DNA from: Octopus sinensis | Lineage: Eukaryota | Assembly (NCBI RefSeq): GCF_006345805.1 | Contig: NC_043013.1 | Coordinates: 38,812,001 to 38,876,000, forward strand | DNA: 64,000 nucleotides | Reading direction: 5' to 3' | In this document: in pieces, positions 13,225-28,432 of the stretch | How positions within the stretch are numbered: position 1 is the first letter of the stretch | Layout: every line of letters starts with the position of its first letter | Program-made: the position numbers and the translations under genes | The notes under the pieces: model-generated | What the model saw: only the letters and a program-made list of their open reading frames with translations | Database searches by the model: none | What the model was told of the DNA's origin: nothing

Positions 13225-14730
13225 TAGTATTATAAATAGATGAGTGTATTTTACCTTGTTAACAATTAACACGGATAAATGAATGAATAGTTACCAGGGC
13301 AGAAAAATCTCACAAGTAAAGATGTTTGAACTCCTTGTTTATAAAGGTTGTGAAACTTCGTGTTTACGTTGAATATTGAATAATAGGATAAAAAAATGGA
13401 GTCAACGCAGTTTAAACAAGTATTTTTTCTTTCTACATATGTTTCAAAAATTCCACTGATACTTATTCAAAAGAATAAAAGGTATAAACAATGCAATCTT
13501 CTCTTCGGGAAAGTGAAAAAACGAAACTTGTCAATACGACATTTTAGCAAAAAAGATGGATTCGTATAGCGATAGACAGAACGCTATTAATATTGTTTAA
13601 AAAAACGTTATATGATATAACGTCATAAGTAGCTAACAGAAAGAGTAGGGATATTAATAGTGAATGTTAAATATAAAGGAAATTAAAGTCTAAACTATAT
13701 ATAATGATGAGACTACTTATATGCAACTAAAAGTATGCTTTTGCCAATGCTTACATCTGTATGCTCGTTCTATAACCGTGTTTACTAGAGTATTTTTAGA
13801 AAAAATAATGAAAAATAGCTCAGAATTGCAGAGAAGACAGAATTTCTTGCCTTTGTCATATGGTATCGAAATTGAGAGGATCAACCATTCCAAATGAAAT
13901 GTTCATTGTGGTCTTTTAAATTCCAAATCAGTTGCTGAGACCGGTACTATCCGTTTATTTCTATTCTAAATATCTGTTGAGTAATGGGATGAAATTCTCT
14001 TAGATAACTCTAACGATGTGCTTCCAATGTAAATCGTACTTTATTACGAGTACTGATTATACACTGGTATATAGAATTTTTAATCTTAGAGTTACTTGAC
14101 ATAAATTTAATTCTATTGGGATTGACTTCAGATACAATAACCTTGTTATTAATATTTCTAGAGGGTTGGATGGTAGTAGCTAAATTATGTTAGTATTAGT
14201 AAATGTATTAATATTTAACAGTTGTTATTATGAGAAAGATTAATTTGCAAGAGATTTTTTGTGTTTGAAAAACCTATCCTAACCTTATGTGAATTAATTA
14301 TAGAGTAATATCTAGAATTATTTGGAAAATTCCTAGCAATAGCTTGACGAAACAGCAGTGGGAGATTAGATTTAATTTGTCTCCCGTAAGGAATTATTAA
14401 CCAAATTTTTACTAGTATTCATAGCGTAATTACTTTTGAAGGTGTTATATTTACTTTTAGATCGGTAATAGGGGAATAAATAAGGGTTATCTGCCTTCAT
14501 TCGCTTTGTATCGGTGCGTAAGTTATGTTTGTTATCAATAATTCTTTTACGACTAGAAATCTTATCTACATTATGAATTTACAATTAGACTGAGCAGAAT
14601 CAATGTAGAAAATTTTTTCTGTATAACCTGCTTTGATTAAGGCAGAGTTATAGAATTCAGCGTTATTATTGAAAATATCAACATTAGCAGATAATTTAGA
14701 TAATCTAAATGAAATATTCTTAACTAAATT
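13225..14730 (-). mobile_element. 5'-truncated Penelope-like element (end of RT, linker, GIY-YIG and pLTR)
   Basis: Minus strand from 14730 reads NLVKNISFRLSKLSANVDIFNNNAEFYNSALIKAGY; later IYQC...FYIGST (GIY-YIG) and CLLCNSE; homologous to 50138-51577. Confidence 0.85.
13429..13513 (-). ncRNA. Minimal type I hammerhead ribozyme motif in the pLTR
   Basis: CUUUC-CCGAAGA-long stem II-GAAA-CAUAUG-UA-GAAAG. Confidence 0.65.
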
Positions 14731-15990
14731 CTTAATCAAAGCAGGTTATACAGAAAAAAATTTCTACATTGATTCTGCTCAGTCTAATTGTAAATTCAAT
14801 AATGTAGATAAGATTTCTAGTCGTAAAAGAATTATTGATAACAAACATAACTTACGCACCGATACAAAGCGAATGAAGGCAGATAACCCTTATTTATTCC
14901 CCTATTACCGATCTAAAAGTAAATATAACACCTTCAAAAGTAATTACGCTATGAATACTAGTAAAAATATTTGGTTAATAATTCCTTACGGGAGACAAAT
15001 TAAATCTAATCTCCCACTGCTGTTTCGTCAAGCTATTGCTAGGAATTTTCCAAATAATTCTAGATATTACTCTATAATTAATTCACATAAGGTTAGGATA
15101 GGTTTTTCAAACACAAAAAATCTCTTGCAAATTATATCTTCTCATAATAACAAACTGTTAAATATTAATACATTTACTAATACTAACATTAATTTAGCTA
15201 CTACCATCCAACCCTCTAGAAATATTAATAACAAGGTTATTGTATCTGAAGTCAATCCCAATAGAATTAAATTATGTCAAGTAACTCTAAGATTAAAAAT
15301 TCTATATACCAGTGTATAATCAGTACTCGTAATAAAGTACGATTTTACATTGGAAGCACATCGTTAGAGTTATCTAAGAGAAATTCTATCCATTACTCAA
15401 CATTTAGAGATAGAATAAACGGAATAGTACCGGTCTCAGCAAACTGATTTGGAATTTAAAAGACCACAATGAACAATTTCATTTGGAATGGTTGATCCTC
15501 TCAATTTCGATACCATATGACAAGGCAAGAAATTCTGTCTTCTCTGCAATTCTGAGCTATTTTTCATTATTTTTTCTAAAAATACTCTAGTAAACACGGT
15601 TATAGAACGAGCATACAGATGTAAGCATTGGCAAAAGCATACTTTTAGTGCATATAAGTAGTCTCTATCATTATATAGTTTAGACTTTAATTTCCTTTAT
15701 ATTTAACATTCACTATTAATATCCCTACTCTTTCTGTTAGCTACTTATGACGTTATATCATATAACGTTTTTTTAAACAATATTAATAGCGTTCTGTCTA
15801 TCGCTATACGAATCCATCATTTTTTGCTAAAATGTCGTATTGACAAGTTTCGTTTTTTCACTTCCCGAAGAGAAGATTGCATTGTTTATACCTTTTATTC
15901 TTTTGAATAAGTATCAGTGGAATTTTTGAAACATATGTAGAAAGAAAAAATACTTGTTTAAACCTGCGTTGACTCCATTTTTTATTCCTA
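14731..15990 (+). mobile_element. Inverted partial copy of the same Penelope-like element
   Basis: Near-identical reverse complement of 13384-14641; IYQCIISTRNKVRFYIGST at about 15305-15360; ends in (TA)n. Confidence 0.85.
15861..15944 (+). ncRNA. Minimal type I hammerhead ribozyme motif in the pLTR
   Basis: CCGAAGA (15865-71), GAAA (15928-31), CATATG, TA, GAAAG. Confidence 0.65.
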
Positions 15991-16073
15991 TATATATATA
16001 TATATATAATATATATATACTATATTATACTTATATACACACATACACACACACATACATATTATATATATAT

Positions 16074-16135
<62 letters not shown>

Positions 16136-16162
16136 GTATATATATATATATATGTATATATA

Positions 16163-17058
<896 letters not shown>

Positions 17059-17360
17059 GGCGCAATGGCCCAGTGTTTAGGGCAGGAGACTCGCGGTAGC
17101 AGGATCGCGATTTCGATTCCCAGACCGGGCGTTGTGAGTGTTTATTGAGCGAAAACACCTAAAAGCTCCACGACGCTCCGGCAGGGGGTGGTGATCCCTG
17201 CTGTACTCTTTCACCACTCTTTCTCCCACTCTTTCTTCTGTTGGCCTTCTCGCTTAGCCAGCGGGGTGGCGTCATTCGAAGGCTAAAACAATACGAAGCG
17301 CATTGTGACCAGTGATGTGTAACAACATCTGATGGTCTGGTCGGTCACGTGATCACGTGA
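17059..17360 (+). mobile_element. tRNA-derived SINE family C
   Basis: GGCGCAATGGCCCAGTG...TTCGATTCCCAGACCGGGCG; related copies at 17912-18186 (minus) and 37613-37998 (plus) with different 3' parts. Confidence 0.85.
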
Positions 17361-17361
17361 T

Positions 17362-17412
<51 letters not shown>

Positions 17413-17514
17413 TAATATATATAATATATATATATATATTGCGCCTCTATATATATATATATATACGTATATATATATACGTATATACGTACATATATAC
17501 GTATATATCTATAC

Positions 17515-17560
<46 letters not shown>

Positions 17561-17911
17561 ATATATATATATATATATACGTATATATATACGTATATAT
17601 ATATAATATATAAAAACACACACACACATTGTTAACGAAAGCGTTATTCTCAGCGTTGTTATAGGAAAATAAAGGACAAAAAACAACAATGCCACAAACT
17701 CGACACACAGAGGCACACATGCACAATCACGCACGCTATTTGTCCTTTTTTTTTTGTCCTTTTTTTCACTTTTTCCTTACTTAGATGAATTGCATTTCGA
17801 AAAGTGATGATGTAACTCATCAATGTTGTAAATCAAAGAATTGTTTAGATAAAACAACAGAGCTAGCGACTGTCAAATTTGGTGCGTAAGAAAATCGGTT
17901 AGTTCATTCTT

Positions 17912-18186
17912 AAGACTAGCCAGGCTCATGGGACAGGTTTCCCAGTTTCTGTGGCGTATGTGTTCCCTCCGGCTGGACGGAACGCCAGTCCATCGCAGCG
18001 TTACTCAAGAAACAGGAAGAGAGAGTGAGAGAAAGTTGGGACGAAAGATTACAACAGGGGTTCGCCACCACCCCCTGCCGGAGCCTCGTGGAGCTTTAGG
18101 GGTTTTCGCTCAATAAACACACACAACATCCGGTCTGGGAGTCGAAACCACGATCCTCCGACCGCGAGTCCTCTGCCATTGCGCCT
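17912..18186 (-). mobile_element. SINE family C
   Basis: Reverse complement has the GGCGCAATGGC head, GGTTTCGACTCCCAGACCGG and GCGAAAACCCCTAAAGCTCCACGAGGCTCCGGCAGGGG. Confidence 0.8.
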
Positions 18187-19178
18187 CCATATATATTTAT
18201 ACGTATATATATACGGTTATATATAATATATATATTTATGTATATATAATATATATATATAATATATATGCATACATATATACATGCATGTATGCATCCA
18301 TGCATGCATGCATGCATCCATACATACATACATATGAACTCGAGCCTGGTATTAACTAATTAATTTTTTTGTTCGTTCTAGTGTTATAACAGCGTGCCTT
18401 ATTAATTCGTTGTTTTTCGAGGTTTGGGTTTAAACTGCCCTTTATATCATGTAAGCAGTCCTGTCAAAGGTCTCCTCTCTGTGTATTAAAATATTTTATA
18501 CACATATATTAAAAAATGTTATGTCTTATGACTTTTATTTATGCATGCTAACCACCGGTAATAAATTATTTTATCACCCTCATATTTACGATATATATAT
18601 AGATCAAAATCAAAATCAAAAATCAAATTTAGAAATCTTTTTTGAAATACTCTAAATTAAAGGACGAATCTACGTTCAACCATTTTACAACTATATATAT
18701 AAAGATTTCTAAATTTGATTTTTCCTACTTTGCTATTAATTAACAGGCGTAAATTTGCAAACATATGAAAGTAATACTTGTATATAATGTATGGTGAATT
18801 TATGGAAAGAAGTCTCATAAAGCTCATAGATTTATTTTAAAATGGAGGAAACAAATTGTTAAAATATACGAGAAGTTTAATTCTTATATATTTCAATAAG
18901 TTGTGTATGAATCTGCATTGCGTATAAACATACAATGAAAGAAAAGTAACACCAAGCGGAAAACAAGTCAAGTAACTAAATAAATGAAAATTTAAGCCGT
19001 GTGACACATATAAATAGCGAATGCTTCCTGAATGCGAGTCACTTTTCAAAGCGGTCTTTAATGTGAAATGCTGTTTATGAATAATTGGTGCACCTTCATA
19101 CGGAGTTTGCAGTAAAAGGGTTTGTGAAAAAAAACAACAAAAAAAAACAAGAGGTGAGCATTCATATTTGTTTATTTG

Positions 19179-19269
<91 letters not shown>

Positions 19270-19388
19270 ATATTATATATATATATATCATATATTATAT
19301 GTATATACATATTTATATGTGTGTATGTCTCTTTCTCTCCCTCTCTCTCTTTCTTTACAAATGCATATATATATATGTATATATATGA

Positions 19389-19473
<85 letters not shown>

Positions 19474-19562
19474 ATATATATAATATATATACATGTATGT
19501 ATGTATGTATGTATGTATGCATGTATGTATGTATGTATGTATGTATGTTTATATATTTGTGA

Positions 19563-19866
19563 AGGCGCATGGCTTAGTGGTTAGAGCGTCGAGCTTACGA
19601 TCGTGAGGTGGTGACTTTGATTCCCGGACCAGGTTGCGTGTCGTGCTCTTGAGCAAGACACTTTATTTCACGTTGCTCCAGTTCACTCATCTGTAGAAAT
19701 GAGTTGCAACATCTCTGGTGCCAAGCTGTATCCGCCTTTGCCTTTCGCTTGGATAACATTGGTGGTGTGGAGAGGGGAGGCCGGTATGCATGGGAGACTG
19801 CTGGTCTTCCACAAACAACCGTACCCGGACTTGTGCCTCGGAGGGTAACTTTCTAGGTGCATCCCC
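19563..19866 (+). mobile_element. SINE family B
   Basis: GGCGCATGGCTTAGTGGTTAGAGCG head, CTTGAGCAAGACAC core; matches 11000-11338. Confidence 0.85.
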
Positions 19867-22800
19867 TATTTGTTCCACTTACTTCTCGAGATGCTTGCTC
19901 AATGTTCCCAGGGCTCCGACAATTATTGGTACTACTGCTACCTTTTTCATCGACCACAACTGCTTAAATTCCCATGTTAACCTGTCATACCTCTCATCTT
20001 TTCTTTCTTCCTTATCGCATACCTTCTTGTCAGCTAGACATGCTATGTCTATGATCCAGCATAGTTTGTTTACTTTCTAAATTAAGACTATGTCTGACTT
20101 CTTATTCTTTATCTTATGGTCGCACTGAATCATAAAATCCTATAGGATCTTTACATTTTTATTTTCGACGATGCCTTCGAGTTTGTGGTCGTACCAAATT
20201 TTTTCTCTGTAAAGTCCATACTTTTTACAAAGCGTCCAATGGAGAAGCCTGGCTATATTGTCGTGGCGTTTCTTATATTCCTTCAGGGCTAGTGGCGTAC
20301 ATTGGTTGGTAATATGCCATACAGTTTTACCATTTTGTCCACAGATTCTGCATTTATCACTATCTGATGTGTTGTCTATTCTGTATTTTATGTAGTTTGT
20401 TCTTAGTACTTGCATTTGGGCAGCACAGATTAGCGCCTCCGTTTCTAAATCACTTTTTATCATCCACAGCCTTCTTTTTTCTTTGTCTGTCCTATCTTCA
20501 ACATCCTTATGAAATTGACCATGCATTCTTTCTTTTTCAGTTTCATTCGTTTTCAATTTCTTGTACAGTGCTTTATCTTCGCAATCTTTCATCCTACACA
20601 AGCCTGACCTTCTTACTTATAATATCGGTTCTGTGGGTTTTTTTTTTACATACCATGCTATGTTGTTTTCTTCTGCGCTAATGCATCCAATAAGTCCTCT
20701 TCTCCCCCTTTTTCTTCGTACATACAGTCTGTCTGTGTCACTTTTTGGGTCGAGTGTCCCATATCTATTTAGCAACTTCCTTGTCTTTCTGTCGAAGCTG
20801 TTTAGTTCGTCTGCTGTCCATGCGATTATCCCTGCTCCATATCTAAGGTGTGAAACCGCCCAGGTGTTGATAGCTTCAAATCTTATTCCGTCCGTTTAAT
20901 TTTGACTTAAGGATCAGTCTCAGTCTGCGTAAGCACTCCACATTAAATTTTTCTGTCATTTCTTTTTCCATCAATTTATCCATTTCCAAAATTCCCAAGT
21001 ACTTATAGCCTGTCTCTTCTATCTCTTTCATAACTTCTTCCTATAGTTTCGTTAGCCCGTCCATACATTTGATTGCGCCTCTCTTCAAGGCTAACACATC
21101 ACACTTTCTCAGTCCGAACTCCATTCTGTTATCAACACTGAAGGTATACACCGCATCGACGAGGGAACTGACTTGGGCTTCATCTTTACCATAAAGTTTG
21201 AGGTCATCCACGAATAGCAAATGGTTGACTTTTTGTTGGCGGCTTTTGAATACATATTCAGCTCTTGCTTTCCTCGGAATTAGTGTCAGTGAGATCAAGC
21301 ACAGTACAAATATCAGTGGGGACAGGCAGGTGCCCCTTTTAATTTCTACTGTCCCTAAACCTCTTCCGTATGCTGTCAGGTCCGTCCTCCATTTCGCCAA
21401 ACTTTTTCCAAGCAATCGCTCAACATTCGATGCAATACCAAATAGGTTCATACATTCCATAATCCAAGAATGTGGGATCATATCGTACGCCTTACGATAG
21501 TCGATCCGTGACAGGTCTAAGTTATTTTTCCTCTTCTTGCAGTCTCTAAATACAGGTTTGTCTATCAGGAGCTGATCCTTGGTACCTCTGCACTTACGCT
21601 TGCAACCCTTCTGCTCATGTAGCAGGACTCCATTTTCTTCCAGATATTCGTACATTGACTCTGCGAGTATTTCAGTCAATAATTTCCACATAAGTGGCAA
21701 ACAGGATATTGGCCTGTAATTGTCAACCGTGTTGCCTTTTTCGATATTTTTCAGGCACAGCACTGTCTTACCCAATGTCAACCACTCTGGTGTTACTTGG
21801 TCGGCATTTAACAAGGTGTCGAGTTGCGCAGCTATTCGTGCATGACATTCACCAAATCTTTTGATCCAGTAGCCTTGAACTCCATCTGGTCCCGGTGCTT
21901 TCCAGTTGCTCATTTTTCTTGCTGATTTCCTTCACTTCCCTAACTGAAATGACTAGTTCTGCCTGTTTTCGACAGACTACTGTTTGTTTCAGTTCTTGCA
22001 ACCATTCTGCATCCTTCTTGTGCTCCTTGTCTTTGCTCCAGATGTCATTCCAAAGCCTTTGACTTTCATTGTTATGTGGTATCAACTTTTCATCTGTACA
22101 CTCTCCATTTATTTCTTTACAGAAACTCTTCTGATCTACTCTGAATAACCTATTCTGGTGGTAACCCTTCATTATTTGGTCGGATCTTACCATTTTTGTT
22201 TTCTTTGCAACGAGGCGCTGCTTCAGTTCCTCCATCACCACTTTCAAGCCCTTTCTTTCAATATTATACTTCCTGTTCAGAGCCCTGTATTTTTGTTCGC
22301 TTTTAAGCTCCCCTTTCTCTTTTCGGTCTAACACAGAGATTTCCTTCGAGATCATGTCTAACCCAGCCTGTATTCATCTTTACCACCATGGATCTTTTCT
22401 TTTATCACTCCCATTATGTTTCTTTTTCTTGACATCAACACCCACGTTTTCTACTACAACAATACTTGCTGCCTGATCAAATTATTTGTTTCTGTGATGT
22501 TGTTTATTCTGATGTATTTCAGAATTTCATTGATATTTTTCGTTTCTTGGTTCAACTTCCACCGATCAACCTTTTTTAATTTGCAAATAATGTTATCGTT
22601 CTCCTGTAGTGTTGCCTTTATTCTGTTGTAGATTGCTTTTTGTTCATCTGTCATGTCGCCATTTGTTTTACTGTCTTCTTTTAGATCATCTATATGCCTC
22701 TCATCAAGTAGACTACCACTGCTCCTTTCCTGTGATATGAAATTACTTCTAATAGTAAGAGCTGTATTTTCATCGTTATCTCTGCTGCTATTTTCCAAGA

Positions 22801-23254
22801 CCCGTCTTTTGATAGTTTCGAGCTCTACTTCTGTGAGCCGACAATTTTTTTTTATTGTTCTAGCTTGATCACATAGTGTCTGTTCCGTGAGTTGAAACAA
22901 TCCCTTTTCTCTCCAATGATCATACATATGTTGTCGGTAACCCCTAATTTGAGCACCATTTTCTTCTACCAGGCTGCTCAGGTAGTAACGCTCCATGACC
23001 ACAGCATTAATTTGCTTGCTCCATCTACGCCATATGTGGTAGTCCCCTTCTGGATATCGACAGGCTGGAGCCGGACCACAATCTCTGAGCCTGCCGGGTG
23101 GAACACTATCACCATCATTTGCTTTTGTTTAATTACTACCGTTATTCACAATATTATTTATTGTCACTCATGAGGTAGTGATTATCAGGTTGCGCATTTA
23201 CCAGTGTTTTTATTGTGACACCATCAGTCCATGGGAGGTTCCACCTGTTTCCTT

Positions 23255-23256
<2 letters not shown>
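19867..23256 (-). mobile_element. Near-full-length decayed R4/Dong-like single-ORF RLE retrotransposon
   Basis: RT motifs [41 protein letters not shown] (ORF 21041-21913); CRICG..HI..QC and RHD (20140-20601); VPIIVGALG near 19910; 5' end abuts (TAA)n at 23257. Confidence 0.9.
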
Positions 23257-23300
<44 letters not shown>

Positions 23301-23301
<1 letters not shown>

Positions 23302-23766
23302 GAGTGAGAGAGCAGTTCATGCCATCAAAGTGACTCTGGGGTAAAATATACGAAGCCCAATATACCCATCATGACTACCCGTCTGATAAAGGTACACCAG
23401 GCACATGCATCACAACCATATGTGCGCGACATGGTGATCTCATATCAAGATAAACAGCACATGTCCTTCCAGGTGGGGCCCAGTTAGAATTTTCTTCAAG
23501 TTCAGTAGCCCATCCCGCTCAAAAGGTCCCTGAATAAGGATTGTTTAAGGATGTTGAAAGAACCACCCGTGTTTCCAGAGGTGAATTATTCAAACCCCAA
23601 AGAATCCCTCTCAACACATGGCTATGATGCTCCCCCACTACTTCTGCTCGTGATCAGAGATGCACATATCGTCAGCCACTAAGGGACATGCTCAACTGGT
23701 TAAGGTCAAACAACTGACAAGCAAATCTGTGGTATTGAGCAGAATATTTGCTGCAGCCCATCTTTT
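23301..23766 (-). repeat. Interspersed repeat family F (complete, about 465 bp) inserted in (TAA)n
   Basis: Three copies in the window; both ends abut TAA/ATT repeats; no ORF. Confidence 0.8.
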
Positions 23767-24675
23767 ATTATTATTACTATTATTATTATTATATTATTAT
23801 TATTACTATTATTATTATTATATTATTATATTATTATTATTATTATGATTATTATTATTATTATTATATTATTATTATTATTATTATTTATTATTATTAT
23901 TATCATCATCATCATCATCACTGATATCAATGACATTATCGCTTTCATGTGTAGTGGCTGCAGCAACAGCATCAGTAGCATAGTGGTAAGGGTGGTAGTT
24001 GGGCCTCAGTTGGGCGATCATAATAGTAGTAGTTGTAGTATTAGCAGCTGCAGAATATTATTATTTTTATTATTTTTATCATTGTCACCGTCACCACCAC
24101 TACCACTGTTATTAACTTTATTACTAATTCCACTTATTATCAAAAGATTTCATTAAATGTTCTTTATTTTCAACTTTTGTCTTGTACTTGAGATAATCAT
24201 AAAAATGTAGTTGTTGGAGGAAATAGTTGAGTAGCAGCTTGATGAATAGATCATATTCTACAGGTCTATAAATAGATTCTGCAGATGGTGGGGAGGTCAG
24301 CCATAGGGACAAAAGAATCTTTGCATCCTTTGGTCAGCAGAGATCAAATGTGTTTAGTACTACCAGTTACCATTGAGAGCGTTGCCTTGAAAGAAGCAAT
24401 TCAACCAGTTCTATTTGTAATTACTGGCAGAAAAAACAATAATATATATACACATACACACACACAGGCACACACGCACACACACACACACATACACATA
24501 TATATACTTATACTCATGTCGTTGAATTTTTGAACTTCTGAATTCAATTGTGTTGTTGCAATAAAAGGTATGTTTACGTATTTGGGTAATATCAAATATC
24601 AGGCCATCCGATAAGATCTGTCCGAATTTTGAATAAAGGAAACAAGAGATCAAATGTTATATATAATTGAAATTT

Positions 24676-24723
<48 letters not shown>

Positions 24724-24748
24724 TATCATTATCATCATGATGATGATG

Positions 24749-24792
<44 letters not shown>

Positions 24793-24837
24793 TATTATTA
24801 TTATTATTATAATAATAATAATAATAATAATAATAAT

Positions 24838-25175
24838 GGGGGAGCATCATAGCCATGTGTTGAGAGGGATTCTTTGGGGTTTGAATAATTCACCTCTGGA
24901 AACATGGGTGTTTTGTTCAACGTCCTTAAACAACCCTTATTCAGGGACCTTTTGAGCGGGATGGGTTACTCGATCTGAAGAAAATTCTAACTGGGCTCCA
25001 CCTGCAAGGTCATGTGCTGTTTATGTTGATATGAGATCACCATGTCGCGCACATATGGTTGTGATGCATGTGCCTGGTGTACCCATATCAGACGAGTAGT
25101 CATGATGGGTATACTGGGCTTCGTATATTTTACCCCAGTGTCACTTTGATGGCATGCTCCGCTCGCTCACTCAGT
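24838..25175 (+). repeat. Repeat family F (5'-truncated) in (TAA)n
   Basis: Reverse complement of 23301-23640; TAA flanks. Confidence 0.8.
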
Positions 25176-25212
25176 AATAATAATATAATAATAATGTTAA
25201 TAATAATAATTT

Positions 25213-25245
<33 letters not shown>

Positions 25246-25434
25246 CATATTATTTTTATTATAATTATTATGATAATTATTATTATATTATTATTATTAT
25301 TATTTTTATTATTATTATTATTATTATTATTAATCATTTATTATATTATTATTAGTAGTAGTAGTAGTAGTATTATAATAATAATAATAATAATAATTAT
25401 TATTATTATTATAAATTATTATCATTATTATTAC

Positions 25435-25514
<80 letters not shown>

Positions 25515-25669
25515 CATTATTATTATTATATTATCATTATTATTATTATTATCATATTATTATTATATTATATTATTATTTTATATTATTATATTATTAT
25601 TATTTATTATTATATTATATTATATCTTATTATTATATTATATTATTATTTATTATTATTATTATTATT

Positions 25670-26396
25670 CAGTAGTTTTATTTTTATTTTATAGCGTGCT
25701 TTCACTTCACTACCGAGCGCAGCTCTGTGTGCCTTGGGTATGTGCTGTGATTTGTTGTGATGCTCTGATGGTTATTGTATGGAAAGTGTTCTGCGTAGGA
25801 TGTGGGCAGTGCCTAGTAGTGCAATTTTCTGTATGTTATATGTGTTTGTAAGTCCTGGTGTTTTTGTTATGTATTTGTCTGAATATTTTTTTATCATGCC
25901 TAATGCACCTACTATGATAGGAATTGTTTCTGTTTTCAGATTCCACATTCTAGTTACCTCTATTTCCAGGTCTTTGTATTTTGAGAGTTTCTCCATTTCT
26001 TTTAGAGACACGTTGACATCTGCCGGTATTGATACATCAATTAAAAAGCATTTTTTTCTTCATGATCTCTGACAACTATATCTGGTCTGTTGGCCTTAAT
26101 TTCTCTATCTGTGTGTATCGGCATATCCCAGAGTATGGTTGCTTTCTCGTTTTCTGTGACCTTTTCTGGTGTGTGCCTATACCATCTTTTTTCTGTTGTT
26201 ATTCCATAATGTTGGCATAGCTTCCAATGTATGTAGGTTCCAACTCTGTCATGTCTGTGAATATATTCCTTCTTAGCCAGGACTGGGCAGCTAGAGATAA
26301 TATGATTTATTGTTTCTTGTCCATCTCCACATATTCTGCAGTTACTTGTAATATTTCTTTTCATTACATGTTTTTGGTAATTTCTGGTGGGGAGGC

Positions 26397-26398
<2 letters not shown>
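25670..26398 (-). mobile_element. 5'-truncated R4/Dong-like element in (TAA)n
   Basis: ORFs 26041-26463 and 25772-26011 are nearly identical to the copy at 9965-10810; TAA on both sides. Confidence 0.9.
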
Positions 26399-26460
<62 letters not shown>

Positions 26461-26475
26461 CATTATTATTATTAG

Positions 26476-26507
<32 letters not shown>

Positions 26508-26559
26508 TTCTTATTATTATTATTATTTTATTATTATCATTATTATTATTATTATATTA

Positions 26560-26590
<31 letters not shown>

Positions 26591-26701
26591 CATTATTATT
26601 ATTAATATTATTATGATTATTTATTATTATTATCATTATTATTATTATTATTATTATCATTATTATTATTATTATGATTAGTATTATTATTGTTATTATT
26701 A

Positions 26702-26748
<47 letters not shown>

Positions 26749-26807
26749 TTATTATTATCATTATTATTATTATTATTATTATTTTATTATTATTATTATT
26801 AATATTA

Positions 26808-26852
<45 letters not shown>

Positions 26853-26935
26853 CATTATTGTTCTTCTTCTTCTTCTTATTATTATTATTATTATCATTAT
26901 TATTATTATTATTATTGCCATTGTTGTTATTATTA

Positions 26936-26972
<37 letters not shown>

Positions 26973-27015
26973 ATTATTATTATCATTATTATTATATTAT
27001 ATATTAATATTATTA

Positions 27016-27046
<31 letters not shown>

Positions 27047-27229
27047 CATTATTATTATTATTATTATCATTATTATCATTATTATTATATTATTATTATT
27101 ATTATTATTATTATATTATTATTATTATTATATATTATTAATATTATTATTATTATTATTATTATATTATTATTATTATTATTATTATTTTATTATTATC
27201 ATTATTATTATTATTATTATTATTACTTT

Positions 27230-27509
27230 TTTTTTCTTCTTTCAAATTTGCTTCGATTTCTTGCCGAGTGTCTTCCCGACTCCTAGGGCAAAGAAACTCA
27301 TAGAATACATTGGTAGGCCATTAAACCAAACACAGTAGTTCGTTAATTTTTTTTTTTATTTAAGTTAAATTAAAATACATGAGCAGCAACAGTTCTCACA
27401 TCGACAATGCTCTTCTCAATACGTGTGATGTACCAGTTAAGACAATCTTTTGCACTTCTTGCAGGGATGGTAAGCCAGGGTGCACTTCTTGCAGGGATGG
27501 TAAGCCAGG

Positions 27510-27510
<1 letters not shown>
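27230..27510 (-). mobile_element. 3' tip of a different R4/Dong-like family
   Basis: Minus strand reads PGLPSLQEVQKIVLTGTSHVLRRALSM*, homologous to PGLTNTYNIQKIALLGTAHILRRTLSIQ*; TAA flanks. Confidence 0.75.
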
Positions 27511-27552
<42 letters not shown>

Positions 27553-27565
27553 TATTATTATTATA

Positions 27566-27619
<54 letters not shown>

Positions 27620-27691
27620 CATTATTATTATTATTATATTATTATTATTTTATTATTATCATATTATTATTATATTATTATTATTATTATC

Positions 27692-27728
<37 letters not shown>

Positions 27729-27818
27729 TCATTATTATCATTATTATTATTATTATTATTAATATCATTATTATTATTATTATTATTATTATCATTATTA
27801 TTATTATTATTATTATTA

Positions 27819-27849
<31 letters not shown>

Positions 27850-27866
27850 CATTATTATTATTATTA

Positions 27867-27897
<31 letters not shown>

Positions 27898-28116
27898 GAC
27901 TATTATTATTATTATCATTATTATTATCATTAATATTATTATTATTATTATCATCATTATTATTATTATTATTATCATTATTATTATTATTATTATTATT
28001 ATCATTCTCTTCTTCTTCTTCTTCTTCTTCTTCTTATTATTATTATTATATTATTATTATCATTATTATTATTATTATCATTATTATTATTATTATTATT
28101 ATTATTACATTATTAA

Positions 28117-28159
<43 letters not shown>

Positions 28160-28357
28160 TTTTATCATTCTTCTTCGTCTTCCTCTTCTTCTTCTTCTTA
28201 TTCTTATTATTATTATTATTATCATTATTATTATTTATTATTATTAATTATTATTATTATATTATTATTATTATCATTCTTCTTCTTCTTCTTCTTATTA
28301 TTATTATTATGATTATTATCAATATTATTATTATCATCATTATTATTATTATTATTA

Positions 28358-28432
<75 letters not shown>

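Noticed and set aside
14669-15319. 216-aa ORF as an independent gene
   Set aside because: Chimeric: the first about 20 codons are antisense of the neighbouring Penelope copy and the rest is truncated Penelope linker
23160-23256. HDV-like ribozyme at the 5' end of the R4/Dong element
   Set aside because: Expected by analogy with other RLE elements, but I could not assign P1-P4 pairings
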